Below the pieces are notes generated by a model. The model was given only the letters and a program-made list of their open reading frames with translations. It searched no databases and had not been told where the DNA came from. Below, piece by piece: positions 9,372-18,507 of a stretch of 64,000 nt of DNA. A program made the position numbers and the translations under genes. The DNA is from Candidatus Moraniibacteriota bacterium (lineage in GTDB: Bacteria; Patescibacteriota; Minisyncoccia; Moranbacterales; GWC2-37-73): assembly GCA_035325685.1 (NCBI GenBank), contig DAOKZJ010000001.1:160-64159 (forward strand), in the 5' to 3' direction. How positions within the stretch are numbered: the stretch's first letter is position 1; the number at the start of each line of letters is the position of its first letter.

Positions 9372-9449
9372 CCCTTCAAAAAAACTCGGGACGTGCTTTG
9401 CCCGCTTGGCCGTCCCTTGCAAAAAGAGACGACCTGCCGGAAAAACACC

Positions 9450-9869
9450 TTACTTGGCCTTGATGGCGATTTTCTTGGGCTTCACTTCCTCGGCCTTAGG
9501 CAAAGATATTTTAAGGATTCCCTTTTCATACGTCGCCTCGGCCTGCTCGCCCTTGACCTGCATCGGCAAGATTACCGAACGCGAGAAGCCGCCCATCCGA
9601 ATCTCTTTGCGATAATAATCTTCGCGGCGCACCTCGCTCTTCCCCTCGGCTTTTCCGGAAATAGTAAGTACATCATTTTCAATCGATATATCCACCTTTT
9701 CCGGATCTATGCCGGAAAGCGCCGTTTCCACGATCACGTTGTCCCTGTCCTGATAAACATCAATTGCCGGAATAAAATCCGCGCCGTCCAATCCGGAGAG
9801 TTCGTCAAACATCCGGTCGAAATCCCTCCACATGAATCCTGGCGTATAGCGCATAATTCCCCTGTTCAT
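9450..9869 (-). CDS. Small heat-shock protein, Hsp20/alpha-crystallin family
   Basis: Alpha-crystallin domain (IDVYQDRDNVIVETALSGIDPEKVDISIENDVLTISGK...). SD gaaaGGGGGtgaaaaat-ATG at the internal Met (MNRGIM). Confidence 0.9.
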   Translation of the reverse strand: MNRGIMRYTPGFMWRDFDRMFDELSGLDGADFIPAIDVYQDRDNVIVETALSGIDPEKVDISIENDVLTISGKAEGKSEVRREDYYRKEIRMGGFSRSVILPMQVKGEQAEATYEKGILKISLPKAEEVKPKKIAIKAK

Positions 9870-9926
9870 ATTTTTCACCCCCTTTCTGTTTATTATTTCA
9901 ACTCTTGCTTTCATCCTCGCGATACC

Positions 9927-10517
9927 CTATTCCACCACCACCCGCGCCGGGCGGATGACGCGCTCCCCCATTTTGTAGCCTTTCTGCACGATTTTCTTTA
10001 TGCGATTGAGGTATTTCTTTTCCCCTTGGCAATGGGTGCATTCCTTATCTTCGACTGCTTCATGGAGAGCCGGATCAAAACTATCCCCTTCCTTGGCGGC
10101 TATCTCCTCCAACCCGCCGCTTTCCAGTACCTGTTCCAACTGTTTTTGGATGTGCATGATGCCTACCAACCAACCGCTCTCCTTTTGATCCTCCGGCACA
10201 TGCTCGGTCGCGCTGCGGAAATTGTCCAGCACCGGAATAAGCTCCAAGACCAGATTCTGCGTGGCATATTTGACCAAATCACGCTGCGCGTCTCCCTGAA
10301 GACGACGGTAATTTTCAAACTCCGCCTGACATCTGCGCCATCCGTCCAGATATTCATCCGCCTGTTTCCTGAGGGAAGCAATCGTTTCTTCTTGCTCCAC
10401 CACTATCTGTTCCTCCACATCCTTGATATCTTTTCTCATTTTGCTATCCTCAGCCGCAGATTCCTTCTCGCTTTTTTTATGCTTTTCGGTCATGATTTTT
10501 TGGTTAAGATTTTTCAA
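9927..10517 (-). CDS. grpE: Nucleotide exchange factor GrpE
   Basis: GrpE signature (LRKQADEYLDGWRRCQAEFENYRRL...VLDNF...SFDPALHEAV). The start is either the TTG at 10517 or the ATG at 10493. Confidence 0.9.
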   Translation of the reverse strand: MKNLNQKIMTEKHKKSEKESAAEDSKMRKDIKDVEEQIVVEQEETIASLRKQADEYLDGWRRCQAEFENYRRLQGDAQRDLVKYATQNLVLELIPVLDNFRSATEHVPEDQKESGWLVGIMHIQKQLEQVLESGGLEEIAAKEGDSFDPALHEAVEDKECTHCQGEKKYLNRIKKIVQKGYKMGERVIRPARVVVE

Positions 10518-10532
10518 ATCCGTGTTGCAATT

Positions 10533-11291
10533 TCAAAATCCCAGTACTCTTGCGGATTCAGTGGCAATTATTATTACCGCCGAACCGCTCAGCATCTTCT
10601 TTACGTATTCGATAAGCGATTTGTTCTTGTCGTAGCGCATGCGCTTGGGTCCGATAAGCGCCAAAATGCCTTTTTCCCCTTGTTTGGTGCGATACGGCGA
10701 CACGATCATCGAACAATTGGAGATGTCTGTGATGGGGTTTTCTTTGCCAATAAAGATGCGCGTCTCGCCGTCTTTCAATTCAGCCATGAGCAAATCGAAT
10801 TTCTCATCCACATAATCCAGCACTTCCGCCAAACGGCACACCTCGTCCAGTTCGCGAAATTCCGGCTGCTCCATCAGCTCGCGCATGCCGAACTCGGAAA
10901 ACTCGTCTTTGTCCAAAATGCCGCTGATTGCCAGATTGCCGCTCAGATGCGACATGAGCTTGGCGGTCGTCTTGGTTAGGCGCGTATGCTGCGCTTTGAG
11001 TTTCAAAAATTCCTTTTGCAATTTGAGCTGCTCCTCGCGCGAAAGCTCCTTGTCAGCCATCACTTTCTCCACGAAAAAGCGATACCCTTTGTCGGTCGGA
11101 ATGCGTCCGGCGCTGGTGTGCGGCTGATGCAAAAAACCTTTCTCTTCCAAGGCCGCCATATCGTTGCGGATCGTAGCCGGACTTACCTGGAAATCATATT
11201 TGTCCACCAGCACTTTGGAACCGACCGGCTCGGCGGTCTGCGTGTATTCCTCAATGATGGCCGCCAATATTTTTTCTTGTCTTGTATTCAT
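10533..11291 (-). CDS. hrcA: Heat-inducible transcription repressor HrcA
   Basis: N-terminal winged HTH (QEKILAAIIEEYTQTAEPVGSKVL...SPATIRNDMAALEEKGFL). Positioned upstream of grpE, with a CIRCE element upstream. Confidence 0.9.
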   Translation of the reverse strand: MNTRQEKILAAIIEEYTQTAEPVGSKVLVDKYDFQVSPATIRNDMAALEEKGFLHQPHTSAGRIPTDKGYRFFVEKVMADKELSREEQLKLQKEFLKLKAQHTRLTKTTAKLMSHLSGNLAISGILDKDEFSEFGMRELMEQPEFRELDEVCRLAEVLDYVDEKFDLLMAELKDGETRIFIGKENPITDISNCSMIVSPYRTKQGEKGILALIGPKRMRYDKNKSLIEYVKKMLSGSAVIIIATESARVLGF

Positions 11292-11355
11292 ATAAAACCC
11301 CGCTGTCCCGAATGAATGCACTGATTACGCTGATGAATATATCTTATCTCATAGG

Positions 11356-11382
11356 TTAGCAGTCGTCAAGTCCGAGTGCTAA
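11356..11382. promoter_or_regulatory. CIRCE-like element upstream of hrcA
   Basis: TTAGCAGTC-N9-GAGTGCTAA. A TTGACG -35-like hexamer lies within the spacer and a TAAGAT -10 follows on the minus strand. Confidence 0.75.
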
Positions 11383-11489
11383 TTCGTTATTTACTACTTC
11401 CCTTGCCGGCTTTTTCTTGCATTTCTAAGCACGAAAAAGCCGCCCGGGAGTCCCTGGCGGCTCTAAATTCGCTATTTGAGATTGTGGCC

Positions 11490-11678
11490 CTAATTAAAAC
11501 AGGCCAACTTGCACTCGTGGGTGCAAACCTCTCTCTCCCCTTCACTGGCCAATTCGTAGAAAGCCGTGACCGCATTGAAGCTGGTTATCTCCGCAACGCC
11601 GGTCTTGCTTTCGCTGAGGCGACAATTGACCGGGCGGTCGCCTGCGCATGCAAACGCTGACACGCTTGCTTTTCCCAT
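11490..11678 (-). CDS. Small cysteine-rich hypothetical protein (62 aa)
   Basis: Strong SD (aaaAAGGAGGGatggcaac-ATG). Sequence MGKASVSAFACAGDRPVNCRLSE...EVCTHECKLACFN with 5 Cys. Confidence 0.45.
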   Translation of the reverse strand: MGKASVSAFACAGDRPVNCRLSESKTGVAEITSFNAVTAFYELASEGEREVCTHECKLACFN

Positions 11679-11697
11679 GTTGCCATCCCTCCTTTTT

Positions 11698-11943
11698 TTA
11701 ACTCCTCTTATTTGGCAGACAAGCGAAGCCGCTTTGGCCGCAACCGGAAATGCACACCTCCATACGGTGGCTAGGCCCCGAGCTCATAATAACTTCGGTT
11801 GCCGAACTCACAGGGATGCTCTTTCCTGCCCGCGGACAGAAAACATGATCCCGGGCTATCTTCTTGCCGTGGCGCACCGTAACCATGGCACCAGATACTG
11901 TCAACACCACCGACCCATGAAGCGAGTTTTTAGCATGCACCAT
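11698..11943 (-). CDS. Small hypothetical protein (81 aa)
   Basis: Strong SD (aaAAGGAGagagaac-ATG). Cys-containing C-terminus (CPRAGKS...CISGCGQSGFAC). Confidence 0.5.
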   Translation of the reverse strand: MVHAKNSLHGSVVLTVSGAMVTVRHGKKIARDHVFCPRAGKSIPVSSATEVIMSSGPSHRMEVCISGCGQSGFACLPNKRS

Positions 11944-12011
11944 GTTCTCTCTCCTTTTTTCAATGAATTGAGATGCAGCGCCGCAAAGCTCCCCCTTTCC
12001 GCCCTCCTGGC

Positions 12012-12146
12012 TTAATTACCCCTCTTCTCCTGTTCGCTACGGGGATCCTCCGCTTCCTTGGGACAATCGCCCATAATGGAAACAGGGATGCTTCTTTTTG
12101 GATCACCCGCCGTCCTGCGCATTTCCTCGCAAATATCTTCTGTCAT
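12012..12146 (-). CDS. Possible micro-ORF (44 aa)
   Basis: My own translation: MTEDICEEMRRTAGDPKRSIPVSIMGDCPKEAEDPRSEQEKRGN, preceded by aaaggacagg. Not in the ORF track (under 60 aa). Confidence 0.25.
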   Translation of the reverse strand: MTEDICEEMRRTAGDPKRSIPVSIMGDCPKEAEDPRSEQEKRGN

Positions 12147-12207
12147 GACCTGTCCTTTCCCGCGTTTTTAAAAAGCGCGTATTTTGTTTTCAAAAAACCA
12201 CCTTTTC

Positions 12208-12513
12208 CTATATATTGAAATCCTCTTTTTTCCCTATTGCTTGCACATTGTCGCTTTTTTCAATCCCCCGTTCCGGCACCGGATCATATCCGCCTTCATT
12301 CCAGGGATGGCAACGCAAAACCCTCTTGGCCGCAAGCCAACCGCCGCGCACCACGCCGAATCTCCCGATAGCCGCATAGGCATATTCGCTGCAGCTAGGA
12401 TAATGCCGGCAAACGCGCAGCGGCAAAATCCTGCCCAAAAGCCCGTGGTCCAACGAAAGCGTCTTTTGGTAAGCCTTTAGCAATAAAAGTACGGCCTTGC
12501 TCATATAAGGCAT
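12208..12513 (-). CDS. yidD: Membrane protein insertion efficiency factor YidD
   Basis: YidD (haemolytic-domain) signature: [46 protein letters not shown]. Confidence 0.85.
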   Translation of the reverse strand: MPYMSKAVLLLLKAYQKTLSLDHGLLGRILPLRVCRHYPSCSEYAYAAIGRFGVVRGGWLAAKRVLRCHPWNEGGYDPVPERGIEKSDNVQAIGKKEDFNI

Positions 12514-12536
12514 ATCCTACGTATTTTGACCATTTT

Positions 12537-12565
12537 TGTCAATAAGACTTTTTGGCTGTATAATG
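12537..12565 (+). promoter_or_regulatory. Sigma-70-like promoter for corA
   Basis: TTGTCA, a 17-nt spacer, then TATAAT, about 50 nt upstream of the corA ATG. Confidence 0.5.
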
Positions 12566-12614
12566 AAAGCTGAGCTTTCTTTAAATTACGCAAGATATTC
12601 TAAAACAAAAACTC

Positions 12615-13523
12615 ATGAAGACCGTCTCCTTCAAAAACACTACCTGGGTCGATTTTGCCAACCCGAGCGCAGACGACATTCTTTATCTGCAGGAAAATTT
12701 TGACATCCATCCGATCGCTATCGAGGAATTTGTAACGCCCACCTTCCGCCCCAAGGCTACCCAATATGACAACTGCCTTTTTCTTACCGTCCACATCCCG
12801 CTTTACGACACGGTTTCGCGCACCACTTATCCCGGAGAACTGGATATCGTACTCACCCGCGACCACCTGATCACCGGACATACCGATGAAATCTACCAAC
12901 TGGAAGAATTTTTCCAATCCCTGGAAGAAAGCGAAGGCAAAAGGCGCCTTTATATGGAAAACTCTCCAGCGCACCTGCTCTACCATTTACTCAACCTGCT
13001 CTTGGAATCATGCTTTCCGCGCCTCGACCACGTGCACCGCAAACTTACGGATATCGAGGACAAGGTTTTTCATGGCAAAGAAAAAGAAATGGTATACGAG
13101 ATCAGCGTGGTCAAACGCGATATCCTCAATTTCCGTCGCACGCTCAAGCCGCAACGCTCCGTACTGGAATCGCTCGCCCAAAAAGACACGCCATTTATTT
13201 CCGAAGACCTGCGGCCTTATTTTCAAGACCTTATCGGCACCAATATCCGCCTCTGGAATGCCCTGGAAAGCAACAAGGAAACGATCGAATCCATGGAAGA
13301 AACCAACAACTCCCTACTTTCCAACAAACTGGACCATACCATGAAGGTGCTCACCATCTTCTCGGCCATCATGATGCCCATGACCGTCTATTCCAACATC
13401 CTGGCTATGAGCGCGGACATTCCGTTTGGCAAAAACCCCAACGGCTTCTGGATCCATATGGGAATCATGATTTTCATTTCCCTGTTCACAATTTCGGTTT
13501 TTAAGGGCAAGAAGTGGCTGTAA
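12615..13523 (+). CDS. corA: CorA-family Mg2+/Co2+ transporter
   Basis: ~300 aa, with a soluble N-terminal domain and two C-terminal TM helices (MPMTVYSNILAMSAD...GIMIFISLF), as in CorA. The canonical GMN loop appears degenerate. Confidence 0.8.
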   Translation: MKTVSFKNTTWVDFANPSADDILYLQENFDIHPIAIEEFVTPTFRPKATQYDNCLFLTVHIPLYDTVSRTTYPGELDIVLTRDHLITGHTDEIYQLEEFFQSLEESEGKRRLYMENSPAHLLYHLLNLLLESCFPRLDHVHRKLTDIEDKVFHGKEKEMVYEISVVKRDILNFRRTLKPQRSVLESLAQKDTPFISEDLRPYFQDLIGTNIRLWNALESNKETIESMEETNNSLLSNKLDHTMKVLTIFSAIMMPMTVYSNILAMSADIPFGKNPNGFWIHMGIMIFISLFTISVFKGKKWL

Positions 13524-13638
13524 TAAAAAATCGTCCCGCTAATGCCCTGGCATGCCAATTTGACACCGCTCTCTTATTTTTATATTTTTCAATGAACGCG
13601 CCCACTCGCAAACCCCCTAATCGAACAAACCAAGCGCA

Positions 13639-15066
13639 ATGAAAATATACAACACCCTGTCCAAGAAAAAAGAAGTCTTTGAACCGCTCAACCCCGGCAA
13701 AGTCGGCATGTACACCTGCGGACCCACCGTTTACGGCGATGTGCATGTCGGCAACATCCGCGCTTACGTGGTAGCCGATACGCTGCGCCGTTATTTGCAA
13801 TACCTGGGATACGAGGTGCGCCACATCAAAAACATCACGGACGTGGGCCATCTGACGGCAGACGACGTGGCCCAGGGAGATAGCGGCGAAGACAAAATTG
13901 AAAAAAAGGCGCGCGCCGAGAAAAAAACTCCCGAAGAAATTGCCCGTTTTTACGAGCAGCGTTTTCGCGAGGTGGAAAAGGAGATGAACATCTTGCCGGC
14001 CAATTATTTCCCGCGCGCGACCGCGCATGTCGGACAGATGATCCGCGCGATCGAAACGCTCCTTTCCAAAGGATACGCCTACGAAAAAAACGGCAACGTC
14101 TTTTTTGACGTGACCAAATTCCCCGCTTACGGCAAATTGAGCGGCAACACCTTGGAAAAATTGAAGGTCGGGGCGCGGCTTGAAGAGCATCCGGACAAGA
14201 AAAATCCCTGGGATTTCGCCCTCTGGCTGAGCGCCCCCAAAGAGCATCTGATGAAATGGGATTCGCCCTGGGGAGTCGGTTATCCCGGCTGGCATATCGA
14301 ATGTACCGCCATGAGCACCGAATATCTGGGTTCGACGATCGACATCCATACCGGGGGCGAAGACAACATCTTTCCGCACCACGAAGCGGAGATCGCCCAG
14401 ACCGAATGCGCCACCGGCGAGCAATTCGTGCGCTACTGGCTGCATGTCCGCCATTTGCTGATGGACGGCGAAAAGATGAGCAAATCCAAGGGAAACCTGT
14501 TCACATTGGAAGATCTCATAAAAAAAGGATATTCGCCCATGGCGGTACGGCTTCTGCTTCTTTCTTCACACCACCGTTCGCAGCTCAATTTCACCTGGGA
14601 CGCGCTGGAGCAAGCCAAAAAAAACTTGCAGCGGATAAACGATTTTGCGCTCAATTTGGAAGCCTTCAAAGGCGAAGTAAAGAAAGAAAATCCAAACCCT
14701 CTGGCTATCGACTCTTTCCGCCAAAGGTTTGAAGCGGCCATGGACGACGACCTCAACACTCCGCTGGCGCTGAGCATCATCTACGAGCTGATAAGCGCCG
14801 CCAACCGCGCAGCCGATGCGGGCACGCTCGGAGCCGATGATGCCGCGCACCTTCTTTCCTTCTGGAAAAAAGCCAATTCGATTTTGGGACTGGCTCTGAG
14901 CGGCCAGGCCGAAATACCCGAAGAGATAAAAAAATTGGCTGCCGAACGGGAACAGGCCAGGGCAAAAAAGGATTTTGCCGCTTCCGACCGGCTGCGCACC
15001 CTGATTGAAAGCCGCGGCTACACGGTAGAAGACAGTCGCGACGGCATGAAAATATTCAAACATTAA
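13639..15066 (+). CDS. cysS: Cysteine--tRNA ligase
   Basis: Class I motifs HVGN(IR) and KMSKSKGN; [16 protein letters not shown] is typical of CysS. Confidence 0.97.
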   Translation: MKIYNTLSKKKEVFEPLNPGKVGMYTCGPTVYGDVHVGNIRAYVVADTLRRYLQYLGYEVRHIKNITDVGHLTADDVAQGDSGEDKIEKKARAEKKTPEEIARFYEQRFREVEKEMNILPANYFPRATAHVGQMIRAIETLLSKGYAYEKNGNVFFDVTKFPAYGKLSGNTLEKLKVGARLEEHPDKKNPWDFALWLSAPKEHLMKWDSPWGVGYPGWHIECTAMSTEYLGSTIDIHTGGEDNIFPHHEAEIAQTECATGEQFVRYWLHVRHLLMDGEKMSKSKGNLFTLEDLIKKGYSPMAVRLLLLSSHHRSQLNFTWDALEQAKKNLQRINDFALNLEAFKGEVKKENPNPLAIDSFRQRFEAAMDDDLNTPLALSIIYELISAANRAADAGTLGADDAAHLLSFWKKANSILGLALSGQAEIPEEIKKLAAEREQARAKKDFAASDRLRTLIESRGYTVEDSRDGMKIFKH

Positions 15067-15100
15067 AAAAGGCGAGGAATTTTTTCCTCGCCTTCTGTTT
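15067..15100. terminator. Bidirectional terminator hairpin
   Basis: ggcgagga-attttt-tcctcgcc, flanked by an A-run and a T-run. A near-identical hairpin recurs at 15444..15474. Confidence 0.7.
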
Positions 15101-15103
15101 CGG

Positions 15104-15352
15104 TTAGATTTTTTCAATTTCCGCCTTGGCCATTTCCTTGAGCAGATCCTTGACGATCTGCAGCAAGATGATTTCCGGAACGTGGCACTCGATCGCTTTT
15201 TTCTTGCACCATAACTCCGCCGAGCGCGGATTAACGCAGATAACATTCCCGAAAACCAGCATGCCCTCCTTCCTGATCGCATTACGAATAGAACTCATTC
15301 CCACTTCTTCGATCACATTCCGCCGTTGCTGCTCAGAAAACTCTTTTTGCAT
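15104..15352 (-). CDS. Small hypothetical protein (83 aa), faint RemA/DUF370-like resemblance
   Basis: SD aaAGGAGGGtgtt-ATG (MQKEFSEQQRRNVIEEVG...). SSIRNAIRKEGMLVFGN loosely recalls the SAPIKRxIQEAxExGxLID motif of DUF370. Confidence 0.45.
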   Translation of the reverse strand: MQKEFSEQQRRNVIEEVGMSSIRNAIRKEGMLVFGNVICVNPRSAELWCKKKAIECHVPEIILLQIVKDLLKEMAKAEIEKI

Positions 15353-15443
15353 AACACCCTCCTTTCGGCTCCGTTGAGCCATTGGTGCTCTTAAAAACCA
15401 AATTGGCGCTGACTTGCTATTATACACCTTCCGCATGAAAAAG

Positions 15444-15474
15444 TCAAGGCGAGGATTTTTTTCCTCGCCTTTGC
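15444..15474. terminator. Bidirectional terminator hairpin (second copy)
   Basis: ggcgagga-ttttttt-tcctcgcc. Confidence 0.65.
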
Positions 15475-15488
15475 AAGCTCGTGGGCGC

Positions 15489-16193
15489 TCAGAACGCAGG
15501 GAATGTTTCCCCTTTTTTCCTTCGTTGAAGCGCATATTTTATTCCTTGGTCGCTGACTCCTAGGCAAAGCAAAGCCTGGAAACGATGCGCAGCAAGCAAA
15601 ATCGCTATCGCTTCTATGGTTTTTTCGCTTATGTTCCCCAGCGGCAAATCGGGGCGGACCTCCCTTATTTTGCCGGCTACGGATTCGACAAACTCCAAGG
15701 ATCTTCCTTTGTGCCAGATCTTGAGTCTGACTCCCGCTCCATCCCGACTGTCGGGGAAAGAAAAGAGCAATATGGTTTTTCCGAGGAGTTTTTGTCTTTT
15801 GGGAGATGATGGACTGGACATCCTCAAAAAGCGCAGCACTTCATGCTTATTCGTATGCCCTTTGAAAGCAAATTCGCCCTTTCTTGCGGATGCGGCGCTG
15901 TTTTTAAGCACGCATCCCTTTTCGTAAGCGATCAGTCTGGCTACCGCCTCTCTGTTTTCTGGCGGCAGGTCAAAAAAATTGAGCGTGGCTTGCTTGTTGA
16001 TCCGCGAAGAATTCAGTTCGCCAAAACTCCTTATGCCCCGCTTGTTGCTCACCAGAAGCCTCACGTGTCCCAAGGGGTCATCTTCCGGATCCGTGAAGAT
16101 CAGCTTGTCATGCACGCTGATGCCCACATGTTTGGTTTCTGCGGCGTCCGGCATCACGAAAATCCTCCGCCACGCGGAAATATCCATTTCCAT
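15489..16193 (-). CDS. Hypothetical protein (~234 aa)
   Basis: SD aaAAGGAGGAGGAG before ATGGAAATGGAT (MEMDISAW...). No family recognised. Confidence 0.55.
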   Translation of the reverse strand: MEMDISAWRRIFVMPDAAETKHVGISVHDKLIFTDPEDDPLGHVRLLVSNKRGIRSFGELNSSRINKQATLNFFDLPPENREAVARLIAYEKGCVLKNSAASARKGEFAFKGHTNKHEVLRFLRMSSPSSPKRQKLLGKTILLFSFPDSRDGAGVRLKIWHKGRSLEFVESVAGKIREVRPDLPLGNISEKTIEAIAILLAAHRFQALLCLGVSDQGIKYALQRRKKGETFPAF

Positions 16194-16341
16194 CTCCTCC
16201 TCCTTTTGCGGCAATAAAATAAAGGTGCGAATTTTTTTTACCACATAATAATTCCTATGTCAAGAAAAAGAACCGTTCCCTGCTTTTGGTGGATAAACGG
16301 TGGTTAAACAGCGATTGCCAAGTATTGAGCGACTGGCTATA

Positions 16342-17790
16342 ATGGACTGGCTACAAAAAATCTTCCCTAAAAACATGCGCGATTCCAAATCCCTTTTCAA
16401 TAAAAACAAGCAAAACCAAAACCCCCGACCCAAACCGGCCGCTGGCGAGCTTCGCATGGCGCCCCAAAATTTGGAAGCGGAAATGTCCGTTTTAGGCTCA
16501 CTCATGCTGGACAAGGACGCGATCATCAAAATAGCCGATCTTTTGAAGGTGGGAGATTTTTACAAGGACGCCCACAACGACATCTACGAGGTAATGCTCG
16601 AACTTTACGAAGAAAGGGAACCCTTGGACGTACTGAGCATCTCCAACAAGTTGGACGAACGCAAGATTTTGGATAAGGTGGGCGGATCCAGTTATCTGGC
16701 TTCCTTGGTGAGTATGGTGCCCAGCGCTTCGCACGTCGTCCATTACGCCAAAGTTGTACAGAAAAAAGCGATCCTGCGCCGCCTCATATCGGCGGCAAGC
16801 GACATCGTGGAGGCCGGATACCAAGAAGGTGAAGAAATAGACAAGATACTGGACGAAGCCGAACAAAAACTTTTCGGCGTTTCCCAAAAATACATCAAAC
16901 AGGACTTCATCCCGATCCGCTCCGTGCTGGAGTCGGCGTTCAACCGCATCGACGAACTGCACAAACACGGCGACAAATTCCGCGGCATTCCTACCGGCTT
17001 TCCGGATCTGGACGGCATCTTGGCCGGACTGCAAAAGTCGGACTTGGTTATTTTGGCCGCGCGTCCCTCCGTCGGAAAAACTTCCTTCGCCCTGGATCTG
17101 GCCCGCCATGCGGCGGTACGCGAAGGCGCAGCCGTGGGCATCTTCTCGCTGGAAATGTCCTCCGACCAGTTGGTAGACCGCATGCTCGCCGCCGAAGCGA
17201 ACGTGGATCTTTGGCGCCTAAGGACCGGCCGGCTGAAAAGCGAAGGCGCGGACAATGATTTCCAAAGGATCGGCGAAGCGATGGGCGTGCTCAGTGAAGC
17301 GCGCATCTTCATCGACGACACGGCTTCGGCCAACATTATGGAGATGCGCACTATGGCGCGCCGCCTCCAGGCGGAACATGATTTGGGACTTATCATCATC
17401 GACTATTTGCAGCTGATGGAGGGACGCGGCGGACGCGACAACCGCGTGCAGGAAATATCCGAAATATCGCGCGGACTCAAAAACCTGGCGCGCGAATTGA
17501 ACATTCCCATCATCGCCCTTTCCCAGCTTTCCCGTGCCGTGGAAGCGCGCTCCCCGCAGATCCCCAAGCTCTCGGACCTTCGTGAATCCGGATCGATCGA
17601 GCAGGACGCGGACGTGGTTCTTTTCCTTTACCGCGAAGACCGCGAAAAACCGGATACGCCCAATAAGGGCATCGTCAAAATAATCATCGCCAAACACCGT
17701 AACGGTCCGGTCGGCGAAGTAAGCGCCTTCTTCCAAGAAGGCAGCGCATCCTTCAGGTCGCTGGAAAAAATCCACACCAACCTCCAATAA
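16342..17790 (+). CDS. dnaB: Replicative DNA helicase DnaB
   Basis: N-terminal DnaB domain (PQNLEAEMSVLGSLML), Walker A GxRPSVGKT, and RecA-like motifs. An alternative GTG start lies at 16300. Confidence 0.95.
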   Translation: MDWLQKIFPKNMRDSKSLFNKNKQNQNPRPKPAAGELRMAPQNLEAEMSVLGSLMLDKDAIIKIADLLKVGDFYKDAHNDIYEVMLELYEEREPLDVLSISNKLDERKILDKVGGSSYLASLVSMVPSASHVVHYAKVVQKKAILRRLISAASDIVEAGYQEGEEIDKILDEAEQKLFGVSQKYIKQDFIPIRSVLESAFNRIDELHKHGDKFRGIPTGFPDLDGILAGLQKSDLVILAARPSVGKTSFALDLARHAAVREGAAVGIFSLEMSSDQLVDRMLAAEANVDLWRLRTGRLKSEGADNDFQRIGEAMGVLSEARIFIDDTASANIMEMRTMARRLQAEHDLGLIIIDYLQLMEGRGGRDNRVQEISEISRGLKNLARELNIPIIALSQLSRAVEARSPQIPKLSDLRESGSIEQDADVVLFLYREDREKPDTPNKGIVKIIIAKHRNGPVGEVSAFFQEGSASFRSLEKIHTNLQ

Positions 17791-17872
17791 TCCCGATCGC
17801 AGTCAATTCCATGCCTTCTCCATTTTGTGTTATTGTTTTGATTTTTGGATTTTGATTTTTGATTTTATTAAA

Positions 17873-18457
17873 ATGCACCCCAAAGCTTTCCAAAAACTGA
17901 TCCGGAATTTTTCCTCCCTGCCTTCCGTGGGACCCAAAATGGCCGAACGGCTGGTCCTTTTTCTGTTCAAGCAAGACAAGGAGGTTCTTGAAGAATTTGC
18001 CGCAAACCTTACCGCCATCAAGGAGCTGACTGTCTGCAAGCGGTGCCACAACATCGCCCAGGACGCAGAATGTTCGATCTGCACGGACAACCGTCGTGAC
18101 AAAAAAACACTCTGCGTCGTAGAAGAGCCCTTGGACATCTTATCCATCGAACGCACCGGCGCTTACCGCGGCCTTTACCATGTGCTCGGCGGCGTCGTTT
18201 CCGGCGCAAAAGTCCAAAACCTCACCATCTCGCATCTTCTGGACCGCGTTGGCAAAGAAAATATCGCCGAAGTGATTTTGGCCACCAATCCGACCACCGA
18301 AGGCGACGCCACCGCCCTTTACCTCAGACAAAAAATGCGCCCCTTGGGCGTAAAAATAACGCGCCTGGGCCGCGGCCTATCCACCGGGGCGGACCTGGAA
18401 TACGCCGACGAAGTAACGCTTTCCGAAGCATTGACAAATCGCAAGGAACTTGCATAA
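17873..18457 (+). CDS. recR: Recombination protein RecR
   Basis: HhH motif, C4 zinc finger (CKRCHN...CSICTD) and Toprim domain (LCVVEEPLD). Confidence 0.93.
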   Translation: MHPKAFQKLIRNFSSLPSVGPKMAERLVLFLFKQDKEVLEEFAANLTAIKELTVCKRCHNIAQDAECSICTDNRRDKKTLCVVEEPLDILSIERTGAYRGLYHVLGGVVSGAKVQNLTISHLLDRVGKENIAEVILATNPTTEGDATALYLRQKMRPLGVKITRLGRGLSTGADLEYADEVTLSEALTNRKELA

Positions 18458-18507
18458 TGAGAAGTCGCTTAGATCCTTAAAAACCAAAGGTACGGAAAGG
18501 AGCATAT

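Noticed and set aside
9348-10979. 543-aa plus-strand ORF
   Set aside because: It is antisense to hsp20, grpE and hrcA, which are three confidently identified genes. It has no start context and is a codon-bias artefact.
11810-11860. ACAGAAAAC...CCCGGGCTATC resembles RNase P CR-V
   Set aside because: There is no partnering GGAAAGUCCGG P4 strand on the same strand. The region is coding (the 81-aa ORF with a strong SD). The real rnpB was found at 54650-55117.
12600-12986. 128-aa minus-strand ORF upstream of yidD, checked as a possible rnpA
   Set aside because: It overlaps corA on the opposite strand and has no RnpA motif (no basic RNR region).
13501-14454. 317-aa minus-strand ORF
   Set aside because: It is antisense to cysS.
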